Part shown: in pieces, positions 1 through 9,344 of the stretch
Numbering within the stretch: the stretch's first letter is position 1
Layout of the letters: the number at the start of each line of letters is the position of its first letter
Source of the DNA: Myxococcota bacterium
GTDB taxonomy: Bacteria > Myxococcota > UBA4151
Direction: 5' to 3'
NCBI GenBank assembly: GCA_040260805.1
Contig: JBDQPD010000042.1
Coordinates: 1-26,674, forward strand
DNA length: 26,674 nt
Made by a program: the position numbers and the translations under genes
The notes under the pieces: model-generated
Databases searched by the model: none
Told to the model about the DNA's origin: nothing
Seen by the model: the letters and a program-made list of their open reading frames with translations, nothing else

Positions 1-1
1 C

Positions 2-499
2 GCCGAGACTGACGATAACGATGCGGGCGCTGCCGCTACAGACGCTGGCGTTGCCGCTGTCGATGCGGGCGCTGCGGCTGCTGATACGGGCGCAACCCCT
101 GCCGAAGACGCAGGTCCCGTCGAGCCTGATAACTTTTGCATCAATGATTCGGACGCTGCTGCGGTCGCAGCCACCTACGGCGATGATGAGCAAACTACAG
201 CCTCGATCGCCAGCTCGTGCGGCCTAGCCTGCTTCCAGCAGCTGGGCATGGGGATCACCAACGAATGCGTGGTCGACTGCATGCGCACCGCCACCGAAGG
301 CGCGATCTCTGATCAGTGCCTGGGTTGCTTTGGTGGCAGCGTGATGTGCACCGCTCAAAACTGTGCGCTGACCTGCGCAGCCGACCCGAGCTCGGACGCT
401 TGCCTGGCTTGCCAGTGCGGCGGCAACGCTTCGGGAACGAACTGCTTTGATCAGTACTCTGCCTGCTCGGGGCTTCCGTCGAGCTTCGACTGCGAATGA
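2..499 (+). CDS. 5'-truncated Cys-rich secreted/lipoprotein (Asp/Ala/Gly linker followed by a 16-Cys domain)
   Basis: The frame of ORF 248..499 is open back to position 2 (AETDDNDAGAAATDAGVAAVDAGAAAADTGATPAEDAGPVEPDNFCIND...SSCGLACFQQLGMGITNEC...). It has 16 Cys and ends TGA at 497-499, just before a terminator. The true start lies outside the window. Confidence 0.8.
   Translation, partial: AETDDNDAGAAATDAGVAAVDAGAAAADTGATPAEDAGPVEPDNFCINDSDAAAVAATYGDDEQTTASIASSCGLACFQQLGMGITNECVVDCMRTATEGAISDQCLGCFGGSVMCTAQNCALTCAADPSSDACLACQCGGNASGTNCFDQYSACSGLPSSFDCE
20..103 (+). repeat. Imperfect 21-bp tandem repeat (4 units) encoding DAGAAAT/DAGVAAV/DAGAAAA/DTGATPA
   Basis: Units gatgcgggcgctgccgctaca, gacgctggcgttgccgctgtc, gatgcgggcgctgcggctgct and gatacgggcgcaacccctgcc start at 20, 41, 62 and 83. 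Confidence 0.75.
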
Positions 500-523
500 T
501 CTAGAGCGTCAGCTAAAACCTAT

Positions 524-561
524 GAAAAGGGGCATCACTCGATGCCCCTTTTCTTTGTTTT
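524..561 (+). terminator. Rho-independent terminator
   Basis: Perfect 13-bp stem GAAAAGGGGCATC (524-536), loop ACTC, GATGCCCCTTTTC (541-553), then TTTGTTTT, about 25 bp after the stop at 499. Confidence 0.85.
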
Positions 562-578
562 GAGGTAAGTCACTGAGC

Positions 579-1337
579 ATGAGTTTGGTGGAACTTTGGC
601 ACAGCGGGGCGCCGCTTTATCAGGCGGGGTTAATTGGCGTTGCGGCGTTTGGCGCAGCGGCTTTTGTGCTCTTGTTCTTTGTCTCGGCCCCGTACGGCCG
701 TCATCACCGCCCAGGCTGGGGTCCTGCGATCTCTGCCCGATGGGGCTGGGTGGTGATGGAGGCGCCAAGCTTTATCGGCTTTGCGGCTTTGATCATCGTC
801 TGCAACCCGGCTGCGTGGGCGTGGTGCGTTGGGGCGCTTTTTCTTCTTCATTATCTCTACCGTGCCTTTATTTTTCCGTTTCGGATGAAGGGTGGGGGAA
901 AGCCTAAACCTTTACTGACCGTTCTGCTTGCGGTGGTGTTTAATTGCGTCAACGGCGCCGCAAATGGCTACGATCTAAGCCGCGTCGGTGACCCGTCCTG
1001 GGCTTGGGTTGGTCTCGGTGTGGTGGTGTTCGCGCTCGGCGTGGCGATCAATCACCACTCGGACGCTGTGCTCTTGAGCCTGCGCGGCCCTGGCGAGACA
1101 GGATATAAGATCCCTCATGGTGGTCTGTATCGACTGGTCTCAGCGCCTAACTATCTCGGCGAAATCATCCAGTGGACCGGGTTCGCCATCGCCGCCGCCA
1201 CGCCCGCCGCCGTTTTGTTCGCGGTCTTTACGGTCTGCAACCTGATGCCACGCGCTCACAGTCACCATCAGTGGTATCAGCAAAAGTTCAGCGATTATCC
1301 CAAAGCGCGTAAGCGGCTTATCCCTTGGGTTTGGTAA
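579..1337 (+). CDS. 3-oxo-5-alpha-steroid 4-dehydrogenase / steroid 5-alpha-reductase (SRD5A/DET2-like membrane protein)
   Basis: SRD5A-family motifs APYGR, WVVMEAPS, HYLYRAFIFPF, YKIPHGGLYRLVSAPNYLGEIIQWTGFA and NLMPRAHSHHQWY; several hydrophobic helices; GAGG upstream. Confidence 0.9.
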   Translation: MSLVELWHSGAPLYQAGLIGVAAFGAAAFVLLFFVSAPYGRHHRPGWGPAISARWGWVVMEAPSFIGFAALIIVCNPAAWAWCVGALFLLHYLYRAFIFPFRMKGGGKPKPLLTVLLAVVFNCVNGAANGYDLSRVGDPSWAWVGLGVVVFALGVAINHHSDAVLLSLRGPGETGYKIPHGGLYRLVSAPNYLGEIIQWTGFAIAAATPAAVLFAVFTVCNLMPRAHSHHQWYQQKFSDYPKARKRLIPWVW

Positions 1338-2886
1338 GCGCTTGCCCGATACGCCGACCCGAAAACACACAATCGGCGATACTGAGTCCGGACACGTATT
1401 GGCGAGAGCACACCCCTAGCGCGGCTCGCCCGGCTGCGTAGAGCCCTTGGATCGGTGTGTTGTCCTTCCTGAGGACCTGCCCGCTGGCTTCATCCACGAC
1501 CAAGCCACCTAGGGTGAGCGTGGGTAGGGGAAACCACTTGGACGTGATCGAGCAATCGACGGCTCGAAAGGGTCCTTGGGTGAGCTGTGCGCGAAAGTCG
1601 TCGGGTTTACCCATGGGGTCGCTGCCCAACTCGTTGTAGTCTTTGACCGATGACGACAGCGTCTCCGGATCTATTTTAAGCTGCGCCGCTAAGGCGTTTA
1701 GACTCTGTGCTTTGCGCGCCCCAAACCAGAGGTTGAGCAAGGCTGGAGCGGTTTGGAACCAGTGCGTTTTTCCGCGGCCGAGTTGGCTGCGCGTGGACCG
1801 AACCAGTTGGTCATCCAGAATCAGATAGGCTTGACCTTGAGCCTGCTCGACGATGGCTTCGCCCAGCGCCGCGCCATAGAGCGCTTCGTTGACGAAGCGT
1901 TTGCCTTGAGCGTCCACCAAAATCCCTTGAGCGAAGCTGAGCGGCGGATTGATGAACCGCCACGCTGAGATTCGATTCATCGCCTGGGTTTGACCGCCCA
2001 TCGCCTCACCCATAGCGATTCCAGAGCCGTCGCAGCCGACGGTGCCAAGCGGCATGCCGCGCCGATAATTTGGAGCCTCGCTGCGCACTCGTTTTCGATT
2101 GTAGATAAAGCCACCGCTGGTCAACGCGACGGCGTCGGCTTTGAGTTCCAAGTCCTGCGCAAAGCGTCGGTGTAGCCGGTCACCGAGCCGGCGCAATCGT
2201 CGAGCCCAGCGCGGCACGTACGGGTTGATCCGAACGGCCCAGCGCTCAAGCGCAAGGTGAAGGCTCGCGGTCAGTCCGGGTTTGAGGTGCCGAACCGCTA
2301 GCCCCGTCACCGCGTCATCATCGCCGATTAGGTGTCCGGCTCGAGTGTTCGCTAACAGGGTAACCCCGGCTGCTCGCGCAGCGGACTTAAGGGGGCTAAA
2401 GAAGTTGGCGCCGGGCAAGCCTTTACCGACCGCTCGATGACCTCTTGGCGCCGGTCGAGCAGCCTCTTTGAAGGGCTAAAACGACTCGTTGCCTGAGTAG
2501 TATAGATAGTAGTCGTTTGAAGGATATGAGGTTTTATCTGGGCAGAGACTCGCCTCGAAGGGGACCCCGTGCTGGCGTAACCACTCGATCATCTCAGGGC
2601 TGGTCTCACAAAAACGCCGCAGGGTGTCGTCGCTGACGACCCCTTGCGTTTCGAGCTTGAGGTATTGAAACATCGCCTCAGGCGAATCCCCGATGCCCGC
2701 TTCATGTTGGATCGAGGTGCCTCCGCCCGCATAGACCACGCCGCCCGAGATGGCTGTGGCACCGCCTCCTGCGAAGCGGTCGACGATGAGCACATCAAGA
2801 CCGCGCTCGGCAGCCTCGATCGCGGCACAAACGCCCGCAGCGCCCATGCCGACAACGATCAGGTCATAAGGCTGCGAGCTGGTCAT
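1318..2886 (-). pseudogene. FAD-dependent 3-ketosteroid dehydrogenase (Delta4-(5alpha)/Delta1 KstD-TesI-like, FAD_binding_2 family) interrupted by a single in-frame TAG at 2476-2478
   Basis: ORFs 2476..3051 and 1318..2418 share one frame. The read-through is ...YYSGNESF*PFKEAARPAPRGHRAVGKGLPGANF.... N-terminal FAD motif DLIVVGMGAAGVCAAIEAA and GGGATAISGGVVYAGGGT; C-terminal GKRFVNE, TLGGLVVD, IQGLYAAGR and YVSGLSIADCVFSGR. The ATG at 2886-2884 overlaps the fadJ stop (ATGA). Confidence 0.8.
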
Positions 2887-5009
2887 CCGCGTAGGCTCTG
2901 TCCGCTTTGTGCGAGGTCCCTGAGCAGCTGGGGTGGGGTGAAGCGCTCGCCGTAGCGCGCCGCCAGCTGATCGCAGCGAGCGACAAACTCGGGTAAGCCC
3001 TCGTTGTCGATCATGGTCAGCGGTCCGCCGGTGTAGGGCGCAAAGCCCCAACCCATGATCGCTGCGTAGTCGATGTCGGCGGCTTCGATCATCACCCCTT
3101 GCTCAACGCAGCGCACACTCTCAAGCGCCTGGGTGGTCAAAAACCGTTGAATCAGATGCTCGACTTTGGGTTGGTCGGCGGCGAGCTCAAAGCGCTCGTT
3201 CAACCCCGTCCAGAGGTGTTTGTCGCCGTCGCTTGGGTAGTCATAAAACCCTGCTCCACCAGACTTTCCAATGCGCTTTGCTTCGACGACGAGTTGGTTG
3301 AGAACCGGCGTCGCGGCGTTGGCTTGATAGGCGTCACCTAGGTCGGCTTTGGTCTGTTCTCCCACTTGATGCATGAGGGCTAAACCGACCTCGTCAGCGA
3401 GCGCTAGCGGCGGCATCGGCATGCCGCTCATACGCCCCGCTTGCTCGATTAAAGCCGGGGCGATGCCTTCGGTGAGCATGCCCACACCTTCGGTGATGTA
3501 GGTGCCAAAGACGCGGCTGGTAAAGAAGCCACGCGCATCATTGACGACCACCGGAACTTTGCCGAGGCGCGCCACCAGATCCAGCGCTAGCGCGAGGGTG
3601 CGCTCGTCGGTTTTTTCGCCGCGAATAATCTCAACCAGCGCCATCCGCTCAACCGGCGAGAAGAAGTGCAGGCCAATAAACTGTTCGGGTTTGTCGACCG
3701 CCTCCGCTAGGCCGGTGATCGGGAGCGTCGAGGTGTTCGAGGCGATCACCGCATCATCGGTGGTGTGTCGCTCTGCAGCTGAGCTCACCTTGGCTTTGGT
3801 CGCTCGGTCTTCAAAGACGGCTTCGATGACTAGTTGGGCAGTTTTGAGGTCGGCATAGTCTGCGCTGGGTTTGATTCTCGCCTTGACCGCATCGCACTCC
3901 TCTTGCGTGGCGCGGCGGCGCTTGATGCGTCGGTCAAAGAAGCGCTGAACGTAGGCGTGCGCCTTGCTCGCTTCCTCGACGCTGCGATCGATGATGATCA
4001 CCTCAAGGCCTTTGCGCGCAGCCTCAAGCGCAATGCCTCCGCCCATGAGCCCTGCGCCGATCACGCCAATGCAGTCGAGCGGTAAATCCCCGACTGATTT
4101 TGGGCGCCTAGCGCCCTTTTTGGCGGCCTCTAAGTCGAGGAATAAGGTCCTCACCATAGCGCCAGCTACGGGATCGAGGAGCAGACTGACAAAATAACGT
4201 TTCTCCACCTCAAAGGCGGCATCGATCGGCAAGCGAAGCCCCTCGGCGATGCAGCTCAAGATCGCTGTTCCGGCGGGGTAGTTGCCATAGGTCTTCGCCT
4301 GAAACATGGCGGTCGCGACCATCATGGTGTTCTTGGCTGAGCCTTCCATGTCGCCACCGGGCACCTTGAACCCCTTTTGGTCCCAAGGCTGGATGGAGAC
4401 CGGGCTATCGGCCAGCCATCGCTCGGCCGTTTCGATCAGCTGATCTGGGGGACACAGTTGGTCGACCAAGCCCATCTTCAGCGCCTTCGCAGCGGGAAAG
4501 CTTTTACCCTCCATCAAGACACCGAGCGCCGTTTGCACGCCGACCAAGCGCGGCAATCGCTGAGTGCCACCACCGGCGGGAATCAAACCGAGCTGTGTCT
4601 CGGGGAGACCCACCTGGGCGCGCGGGTGGTCGGCCATCACGCGGTGGTGACAGGCGAGGCAGAGCTCGTAGCCGCCGCCTAGCGCTGCGCCATTAATCGC
4701 TGCGACCACCGGTTTTCCGCAGGTTTCGATGCGGCGCAGCAGCTCGGCAAGCTCGCCGCCGCGTGCGTGGAGCTCCTCGGCGCTGCGGCCGCCCGTTGCG
4801 ATCGCCTCGATCTGCTCGAGATCACCGCCGGCTAAAAAGCTCGACTTGGCGGAGCGGATCACCAGCCCTTTAAGCGCTTCATCGCTTGCGTAGTCGGCGA
4901 TGCATTGTCCCACCGCATCAAGCGACTCTTGATTCCAAACATTAGCCCCTCGGTCAGGCATATCGAGGACGAGGTGTGCGATGGCGTCGTATCGCTCGAG
5001 GCGGATCAT
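2883..5009 (-). CDS. fadJ: Fatty acid oxidation complex alpha subunit (enoyl-CoA hydratase / 3-hydroxyacyl-CoA dehydrogenase)
   Basis: Crotonase motifs AGGDL, INGAALGGGYE and GLPE; HAD motifs GAGLMGGG, IEAVFE, SNTSTLP and HFFSP. Start placed at ATG 5009, which overlaps the thiolase stop (ATGA) and has GAGAGGTG upstream. Confidence 0.92.
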   Translation of the reverse strand: MIRLERYDAIAHLVLDMPDRGANVWNQESLDAVGQCIADYASDEALKGLVIRSAKSSFLAGGDLEQIEAIATGGRSAEELHARGGELAELLRRIETCGKPVVAAINGAALGGGYELCLACHHRVMADHPRAQVGLPETQLGLIPAGGGTQRLPRLVGVQTALGVLMEGKSFPAAKALKMGLVDQLCPPDQLIETAERWLADSPVSIQPWDQKGFKVPGGDMEGSAKNTMMVATAMFQAKTYGNYPAGTAILSCIAEGLRLPIDAAFEVEKRYFVSLLLDPVAGAMVRTLFLDLEAAKKGARRPKSVGDLPLDCIGVIGAGLMGGGIALEAARKGLEVIIIDRSVEEASKAHAYVQRFFDRRIKRRRATQEECDAVKARIKPSADYADLKTAQLVIEAVFEDRATKAKVSSAAERHTTDDAVIASNTSTLPITGLAEAVDKPEQFIGLHFFSPVERMALVEIIRGEKTDERTLALALDLVARLGKVPVVVNDARGFFTSRVFGTYITEGVGMLTEGIAPALIEQAGRMSGMPMPPLALADEVGLALMHQVGEQTKADLGDAYQANAATPVLNQLVVEAKRIGKSGGAGFYDYPSDGDKHLWTGLNERFELAADQPKVEHLIQRFLTTQALESVRCVEQGVMIEAADIDYAAIMGWGFAPYTGGPLTMIDNEGLPEFVARCDQLAARYGERFTPPQLLRDLAQSGQSLRG

Positions 5010-6214
5010 GAGCACCTCTCAATCACGGTGGCGGTGCCTTGTCCGGCGCCAACGCACAGCGCCACGCAGGCGTAACGCCCCCCAGTCCGCTCTAGCTCGT
5101 CGAGCGCCGTTCCAAAGATCATGGCGCCGGTTGCGCCTAACGGGTGCCCAAGAGCGATCGCTCCACCGCAGCGGTTCACTTGGTCTAGATCCAGCCCGAG
5201 CTCTTGGCAGAAGCGAAGCACCACGGCGGCAAAAGCTTCGTTGATCTCCCAGGCATCAATATCCGAGACGCTCAACCCTGCTCGCGCCAAAGCCTGCTCG
5301 GCGGCTTGAGCCGGAGCGGTCAGCATAATACACGGCTCGGACCCGACGCTAGCACAACTCACGATCCGACCACGCGCTGTTAAACCATGCTTTTGAGCCC
5401 CATCAGCAGATGCGAGCAGCACCGCTGCGGCACCATCGACCACTCCGGACGAGTTGCCCGCATGATGAACATGATCGATGCGCTCAATCTCTGGATAGCG
5501 AAGACGAGCGACATCATTAAATCCGTAGTTCTCGCCGAGCATCGCAAAGCTTGGTCGAAGCGCCGCGAGATCGTCAGCGGTGGTCGCCGGTCGTGGGTGC
5601 TCGTCATGCGCGAGGAGCTCGATACCATTGGGGTCGTAAACGGGCACTAAGCTACGCTCGAAGCGTCCCTCTTTAATCGCTTGCGCCGTACACGCTTGGC
5701 TCCTGAGCGCGACCGCGTCGCAGTCGGTTCGGCTGAATCCATATTTTGTGGCCACCAAGTCACCGCTAATCCCTTGGGGAATAAAGTGCAGCGCTGAGGC
5801 GATTTGCGGGTCAGTAGCCCACGCTCCACCGGAGGCTCCCATGGCGACACGGCTCATGCTCTCGACACCTCCGGCGATCACTAAGTCGGCTTGTCCGCTG
5901 CCAATTTTTGCTGCGGCGAGGTTGATCGCGTCCAAGCCAGAGCTGCAAAATCGATTGATCTGCATCCCCGGAACGCCCTCGCCCAAGCCGGCGATCAAGG
6001 CGGCAATTCGCCCTATATCTCCGCCTTGTTCGCCAACCGGCTCAACACACCCGAGGATGACTTCGTCGACGGAGTCCTCCGGGAACTGGTGTCGTGCCTT
6101 GAGCGCTCGTAAGGGATGGCAAGCGAGCTCGACCGGGGTGACGGTGGCTAAGCCACCGCTCGCTTTGCCGCGACCTCGCGGCGTGCGCAGCGCATCAATA
6201 ATTAGAGTATCCAC
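5006..6214 (-). CDS. fadA: Acetyl-CoA C-acyltransferase (3-ketoacyl-CoA thiolase)
   Basis: Motifs [16 protein letters not shown] (catalytic Cys), [26 protein letters not shown] and LCVGAGQG. The GTG start at 6214 follows a strong GAGGAGGAG Shine-Dalgarno. Confidence 0.93.
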   Translation of the reverse strand: MDTLIIDALRTPRGRGKASGGLATVTPVELACHPLRALKARHQFPEDSVDEVILGCVEPVGEQGGDIGRIAALIAGLGEGVPGMQINRFCSSGLDAINLAAAKIGSGQADLVIAGGVESMSRVAMGASGGAWATDPQIASALHFIPQGISGDLVATKYGFSRTDCDAVALRSQACTAQAIKEGRFERSLVPVYDPNGIELLAHDEHPRPATTADDLAALRPSFAMLGENYGFNDVARLRYPEIERIDHVHHAGNSSGVVDGAAAVLLASADGAQKHGLTARGRIVSCASVGSEPCIMLTAPAQAAEQALARAGLSVSDIDAWEINEAFAAVVLRFCQELGLDLDQVNRCGGAIALGHPLGATGAMIFGTALDELERTGGRYACVALCVGAGQGTATVIERCS

Positions 6215-6243
6215 AGCATCTCCTCCTCGTCGCAGCGAGGAAA

Positions 6244-6257
6244 TAGAACGCGTTCTA
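6244..6257. promoter_or_regulatory. Perfect palindrome TAGAACGCGTTCTA, putative TetR-family (KstR-like) operator
   Basis: Exact 14-bp palindrome in the 115-bp divergent intergenic region, 30 bp upstream of the fadA start; fits TnnAACnnGTTnnA. Confidence 0.7.
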
Positions 6258-6329
6258 GTTTGGGGCAACCCATGGCGAAATTGTGGCGGCGAATTGGGCT
6301 TTCGGCTATTTTTGGTTAGAGGAACCATT

Positions 6330-6806
6330 ATGTCGATTAGTCTGCGTTTACTTCTATGCCTTTGCGTCGCTTGCGGCGCCGAAGATTCGGACCATCACCA
6401 TGGGGTTTCTGGACCATCGGGTTCTGCTGACGCCGGCCAGGACTTGCCAGGGGATACCTACATAGCGGGTATGGAGAAGGTCTCGACGGACGGTCACTTT
6501 CGTGTGGCCTTGGTTGAATCCACGCCGATACCCCAGGATCTGACCCTCTACACCTGGACCGTCGAGGTGCGCGATGCGCAAGGCGCGGTTTTGGACGAAG
6601 CGAGCGTCGTTGCTGAGCCGACGATGCCTGACCACGGACACGGTACCTTTCCGGTGACCACGCCTGGCGTCGCAACGGACGAGACCGGCCGCTTCACCTT
6701 GTCAGACATGGACTTGTTCATGGCAGGGACCTGGCAAGTCGAGATGCGGATTACGCATTCAGGCACCACTGACACCGTATTTTTCTACTTTACCTTGGAC
6801 AACTAA
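6330..6806 (+). CDS. FixH/YtkA-like Ig-fold lipoprotein, probable metal (Cu) binding
   Basis: Starts MSISLRLLLCLCVAC (lipobox) after AGAGGA; contains HHH, MPDHGHG and LFMAGTWQV, typical of YtkA/FixH-like proteins. Confidence 0.7.
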   Translation: MSISLRLLLCLCVACGAEDSDHHHGVSGPSGSADAGQDLPGDTYIAGMEKVSTDGHFRVALVESTPIPQDLTLYTWTVEVRDAQGAVLDEASVVAEPTMPDHGHGTFPVTTPGVATDETGRFTLSDMDLFMAGTWQVEMRITHSGTTDTVFFYFTLDN

Positions 6807-7202
6807 ATGCGTGCGATGGGCGTCTTGGTGTTGGTCTGTGCGTGCGGTGAAGACCCCGCCGTTCCCGTCTGCCCGCCCGTCGCATCCGAATGCACCCCGC
6901 AGTACGAACCGGTCTTTGATCAGGTCTACACCAACACCATCAGGCGGAGCTGCAGCGTTGGGGGTAACTCATGCCATGGAGGCTCTGCGGGTGCCGGTGG
7001 ACTGGACCTGAGTTTAGCCGATATCGCCTATGAGCAGCTGCTCGAGCGTCAGCGCGTAGTCCCGAACGATCCTTCGTGCAGCACCATCATTCAGCGGATG
7101 CATCATGAAGACCCGGCGAAGTTAATGCCGCCTGGAGCTGGGCTCAGCGCGGAAGAGATCTGCTCCGTACAGAAGTGGATCGAGGCTGGAGCCGAGCGGT
7201 GA
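6807..7202 (+). CDS. Small lipoprotein with atypical c-type cytochrome domain (CX6CH plus MPP)
   Basis: Lipobox VCAC; CSVGGNSCH at 6951-6977, then GGLDLS, VVPNDPSCS, LMPP and KWIEAGA, resembling planctomycete-type monoheme domains. Confidence 0.65.
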   Translation: MRAMGVLVLVCACGEDPAVPVCPPVASECTPQYEPVFDQVYTNTIRRSCSVGGNSCHGGSAGAGGLDLSLADIAYEQLLERQRVVPNDPSCSTIIQRMHHEDPAKLMPPGAGLSAEEICSVQKWIEAGAER

Positions 7203-8587
7203 AGCGTTGGGTTTTAATGATCAGCGCCAGCGCGCTGATAGGCTGTCCAAGCGATCCGACTCCGGTGGACGCCGGGCCGCAGCCCACGATGACTCGCGCT
7301 GAGATCCTCGACCCGTTGACCTGCAAGGAATGCCACCCCAATCATTACCGTGAATGGTCGGGGAGCATGCATGCTTACGCCGCCGAAGATCCGGTTTTCA
7401 TCGCTATGAACCAGCGGGGACAGCGCGAGACCAATGGCGAGCTCGGTGATTTTTGCGTGACCTGTCATGCGCCGATCGCCTTGCTTGAAGGCTTGACCAC
7501 CGATGGTTTGAATCTGGATCAAGTGCCGGACTACGCCAAAGGTGTGACCTGCGCATTTTGTCATTTAGTGGATGAAGTCCAGGGCACCCACAACGGACAG
7601 CTCGGCCTCGCTGATGATCTGGTGATGCGCGGCGCTTATGCCGACCCGACGCCAAACACCGCCCATGCGAGCGCCTACTCAAAGCTTCACGATAAATCGC
7701 AGATCGAGTCAGCCGATGTCTGCGGAACCTGTCACGACATTGTGACCCAGCAAGGGGTGCATCTTGAGCGCACCTTCCTTGAGTGGAAGTCCTCCCTTTT
7801 TGCTCATGATGTGGACGAAGAGCGTCAGACCTGCGGCGATTGCCACATGAAGGGCCGGACAGCGACCGCAGCCGATGCGCCGGGCGTCAAGCTAAGGCGT
7901 GTGCACGACCACCGCATGGTTGGCGTGGACACTGCCTTGACCGACTTCCCAGAAAAAGAAGACCAACGCCGCCAGATTCAGCGCGAGCTCAACACCACCG
8001 CCATCGGTATGCTCTGCGTGACCCTTGAAGAGGGCGTCGTGGTGCTGGGTGCCGATTTAGAGAACATGGCGGCAGGGCATTCCTGGCCGTCTGGCGCCAG
8101 CCATGATCGACGAGCCTGGGTTGAGGTCGTCGCCTACGACGCTCAGGGCAATGAACTGTTCTCAAGCGGCGTCATTGGCGACCAAGAAACGTTGGTGGAT
8201 TTGAACGATCCGCAGCTCTGGCGCTTGGGTGATCAAGCCTACGATGCGCAGGGTGAGCCCGCACATTTCTTCTGGGACGTCGCCAGCTACGAGAGCCTGC
8301 TGTTGCCACCGCCAAACCATCTGCATCGTGACGGTGAGGTCACTGAGATCAATCCGCATCTCCAGCATGAGTATCGATTTACCGCCACCGAACTGCCAGC
8401 TCGTGTGACTTTTAAGACGCGCATTCGAGCCATCGGCTTAGATGTTTTGGATGATCTGATCGAAAGCGGTGATTTAGCGGCTGATATTCGCAATCGGATC
8501 CCGACCTTTGACCTTGGCGCGACGGTCCTTGAGTGGAACGCAGAAGACGAGATCACTTGCATCCCTGAAAACCATCACCGAAGATAA
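7199..8587 (+). CDS. Multiheme (5 CxxCH) cytochrome c lipoprotein, cytochrome c554/c552-like N-terminus
   Basis: CKECH, CVTCH, CAFCH, CGTCH and CGDCH; N-terminal CKECHPNHYREWSGSMHA; C-terminal ENMAAGHSWPSG. The GTG start overlaps the upstream TGA; lipobox LIGC. Confidence 0.88.
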   Translation: MKRWVLMISASALIGCPSDPTPVDAGPQPTMTRAEILDPLTCKECHPNHYREWSGSMHAYAAEDPVFIAMNQRGQRETNGELGDFCVTCHAPIALLEGLTTDGLNLDQVPDYAKGVTCAFCHLVDEVQGTHNGQLGLADDLVMRGAYADPTPNTAHASAYSKLHDKSQIESADVCGTCHDIVTQQGVHLERTFLEWKSSLFAHDVDEERQTCGDCHMKGRTATAADAPGVKLRRVHDHRMVGVDTALTDFPEKEDQRRQIQRELNTTAIGMLCVTLEEGVVVLGADLENMAAGHSWPSGASHDRRAWVEVVAYDAQGNELFSSGVIGDQETLVDLNDPQLWRLGDQAYDAQGEPAHFFWDVASYESLLLPPPNHLHRDGEVTEINPHLQHEYRFTATELPARVTFKTRIRAIGLDVLDDLIESGDLAADIRNRIPTFDLGATVLEWNAEDEITCIPENHHRR

Positions 8588-8591
8588 CAAC

Positions 8592-9344
8592 ATGAAATAT
8601 CTATCTATAGCTCTTTTGGCGCTCTCAGCCTGCGGTGGCGACAGCGACTCGCCGGGCGGTGGCGGCGGTCCGGCCGCAACGGATGCCGGCCCGGTTGCAG
8701 CCGGGGCCCTCGCCCTACAGTTTAGCCACGAGATCCAAGGACAGCCGATGGTGGTTGATCAAGCGATGACGCTGGCGGACGGCTCGCCGCTGACCTTCGC
8801 TAAGCTCCGGTACTGGTTCTCAAACCTGGTGCTCGTCGGTGACGATGTGGCCGATTATACCGTTCCGGACGCCTACTATTTGATCGAGCAAACCCGTGAG
8901 GCGACGCGGGTGCGCGTGGACATCCCCGATGTGCCCTCTGGGCGTTATGTCGGCATCCGTTTTGAGATGGGCGTGGATGAGGGACACAACCACAGCTTAG
9001 ACACCCTTGTGGGCGAGCTAAGCGCCGGCGTGAACATGAGCTGGAATTGGAACAGCGGCTTTATCTTTATGAAGGCTGAGGGCGAGGTCGGGCTAAACTC
9101 GGGCGGCTTTGAAAAGAGCTTCACCTTCCACATTGGACGCGACGAGTCGTTGCGTTTGGTGGAGCTTGAACAGGCCTTTGAGGTCACCTCTGAAGCCGGC
9201 GCTGAGCTGCGTTTGCGAGCCGAAGTCGCCCAGCTCTTTGATGAGGTCAACCGCGAGAACAACTTGAGTATTTTGGGTGGTTCCGTGGCGCAGACCATCG
9301 CCGATAATTATGGTGCGATGTGGTCGGTCGAGGCTGGAAACTAG
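8592..9344 (+). CDS. mbnP: MbnP-family copper-binding lipoprotein
   Basis: Lipobox LSAC; LRYWFSN, FEMGVD, the WxW-containing MSWNWNSGFIFMKAEG motif and FHIG; lies directly upstream of a di-heme enzyme. Confidence 0.8.
   Translation: MKYLSIALLALSACGGDSDSPGGGGGPAATDAGPVAAGALALQFSHEIQGQPMVVDQAMTLADGSPLTFAKLRYWFSNLVLVGDDVADYTVPDAYYLIEQTREATRVRVDIPDVPSGRYVGIRFEMGVDEGHNHSLDTLVGELSAGVNMSWNWNSGFIFMKAEGEVGLNSGGFEKSFTFHIGRDESLRLVELEQAFEVTSEAGAELRLRAEVAQLFDEVNRENNLSILGGSVAQTIADNYGAMWSVEAGN

Noticed and set aside
2476..2478. Pyrrolysine or genome-wide TAG recoding
   Set aside because: TAG terminates several well-defined genes here (e.g. ending 9344, 10830, 20236 and 26456), and no pyl genes or suppressor tRNA are visible.
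2887..3051. N-terminal extension of ORF 2476..3051
   Set aside because: It overlaps fadJ in another frame; the FAD motif begins just after the ATG at 2886, which is coupled to the fadJ stop.
5748..6329. 352-aa ORF 5748..6806 as a single gene
   Set aside because: The first 194 codons run antisense to the thiolase and across the intergenic region; a lipoprotein signal with a Shine-Dalgarno starts at 6330.
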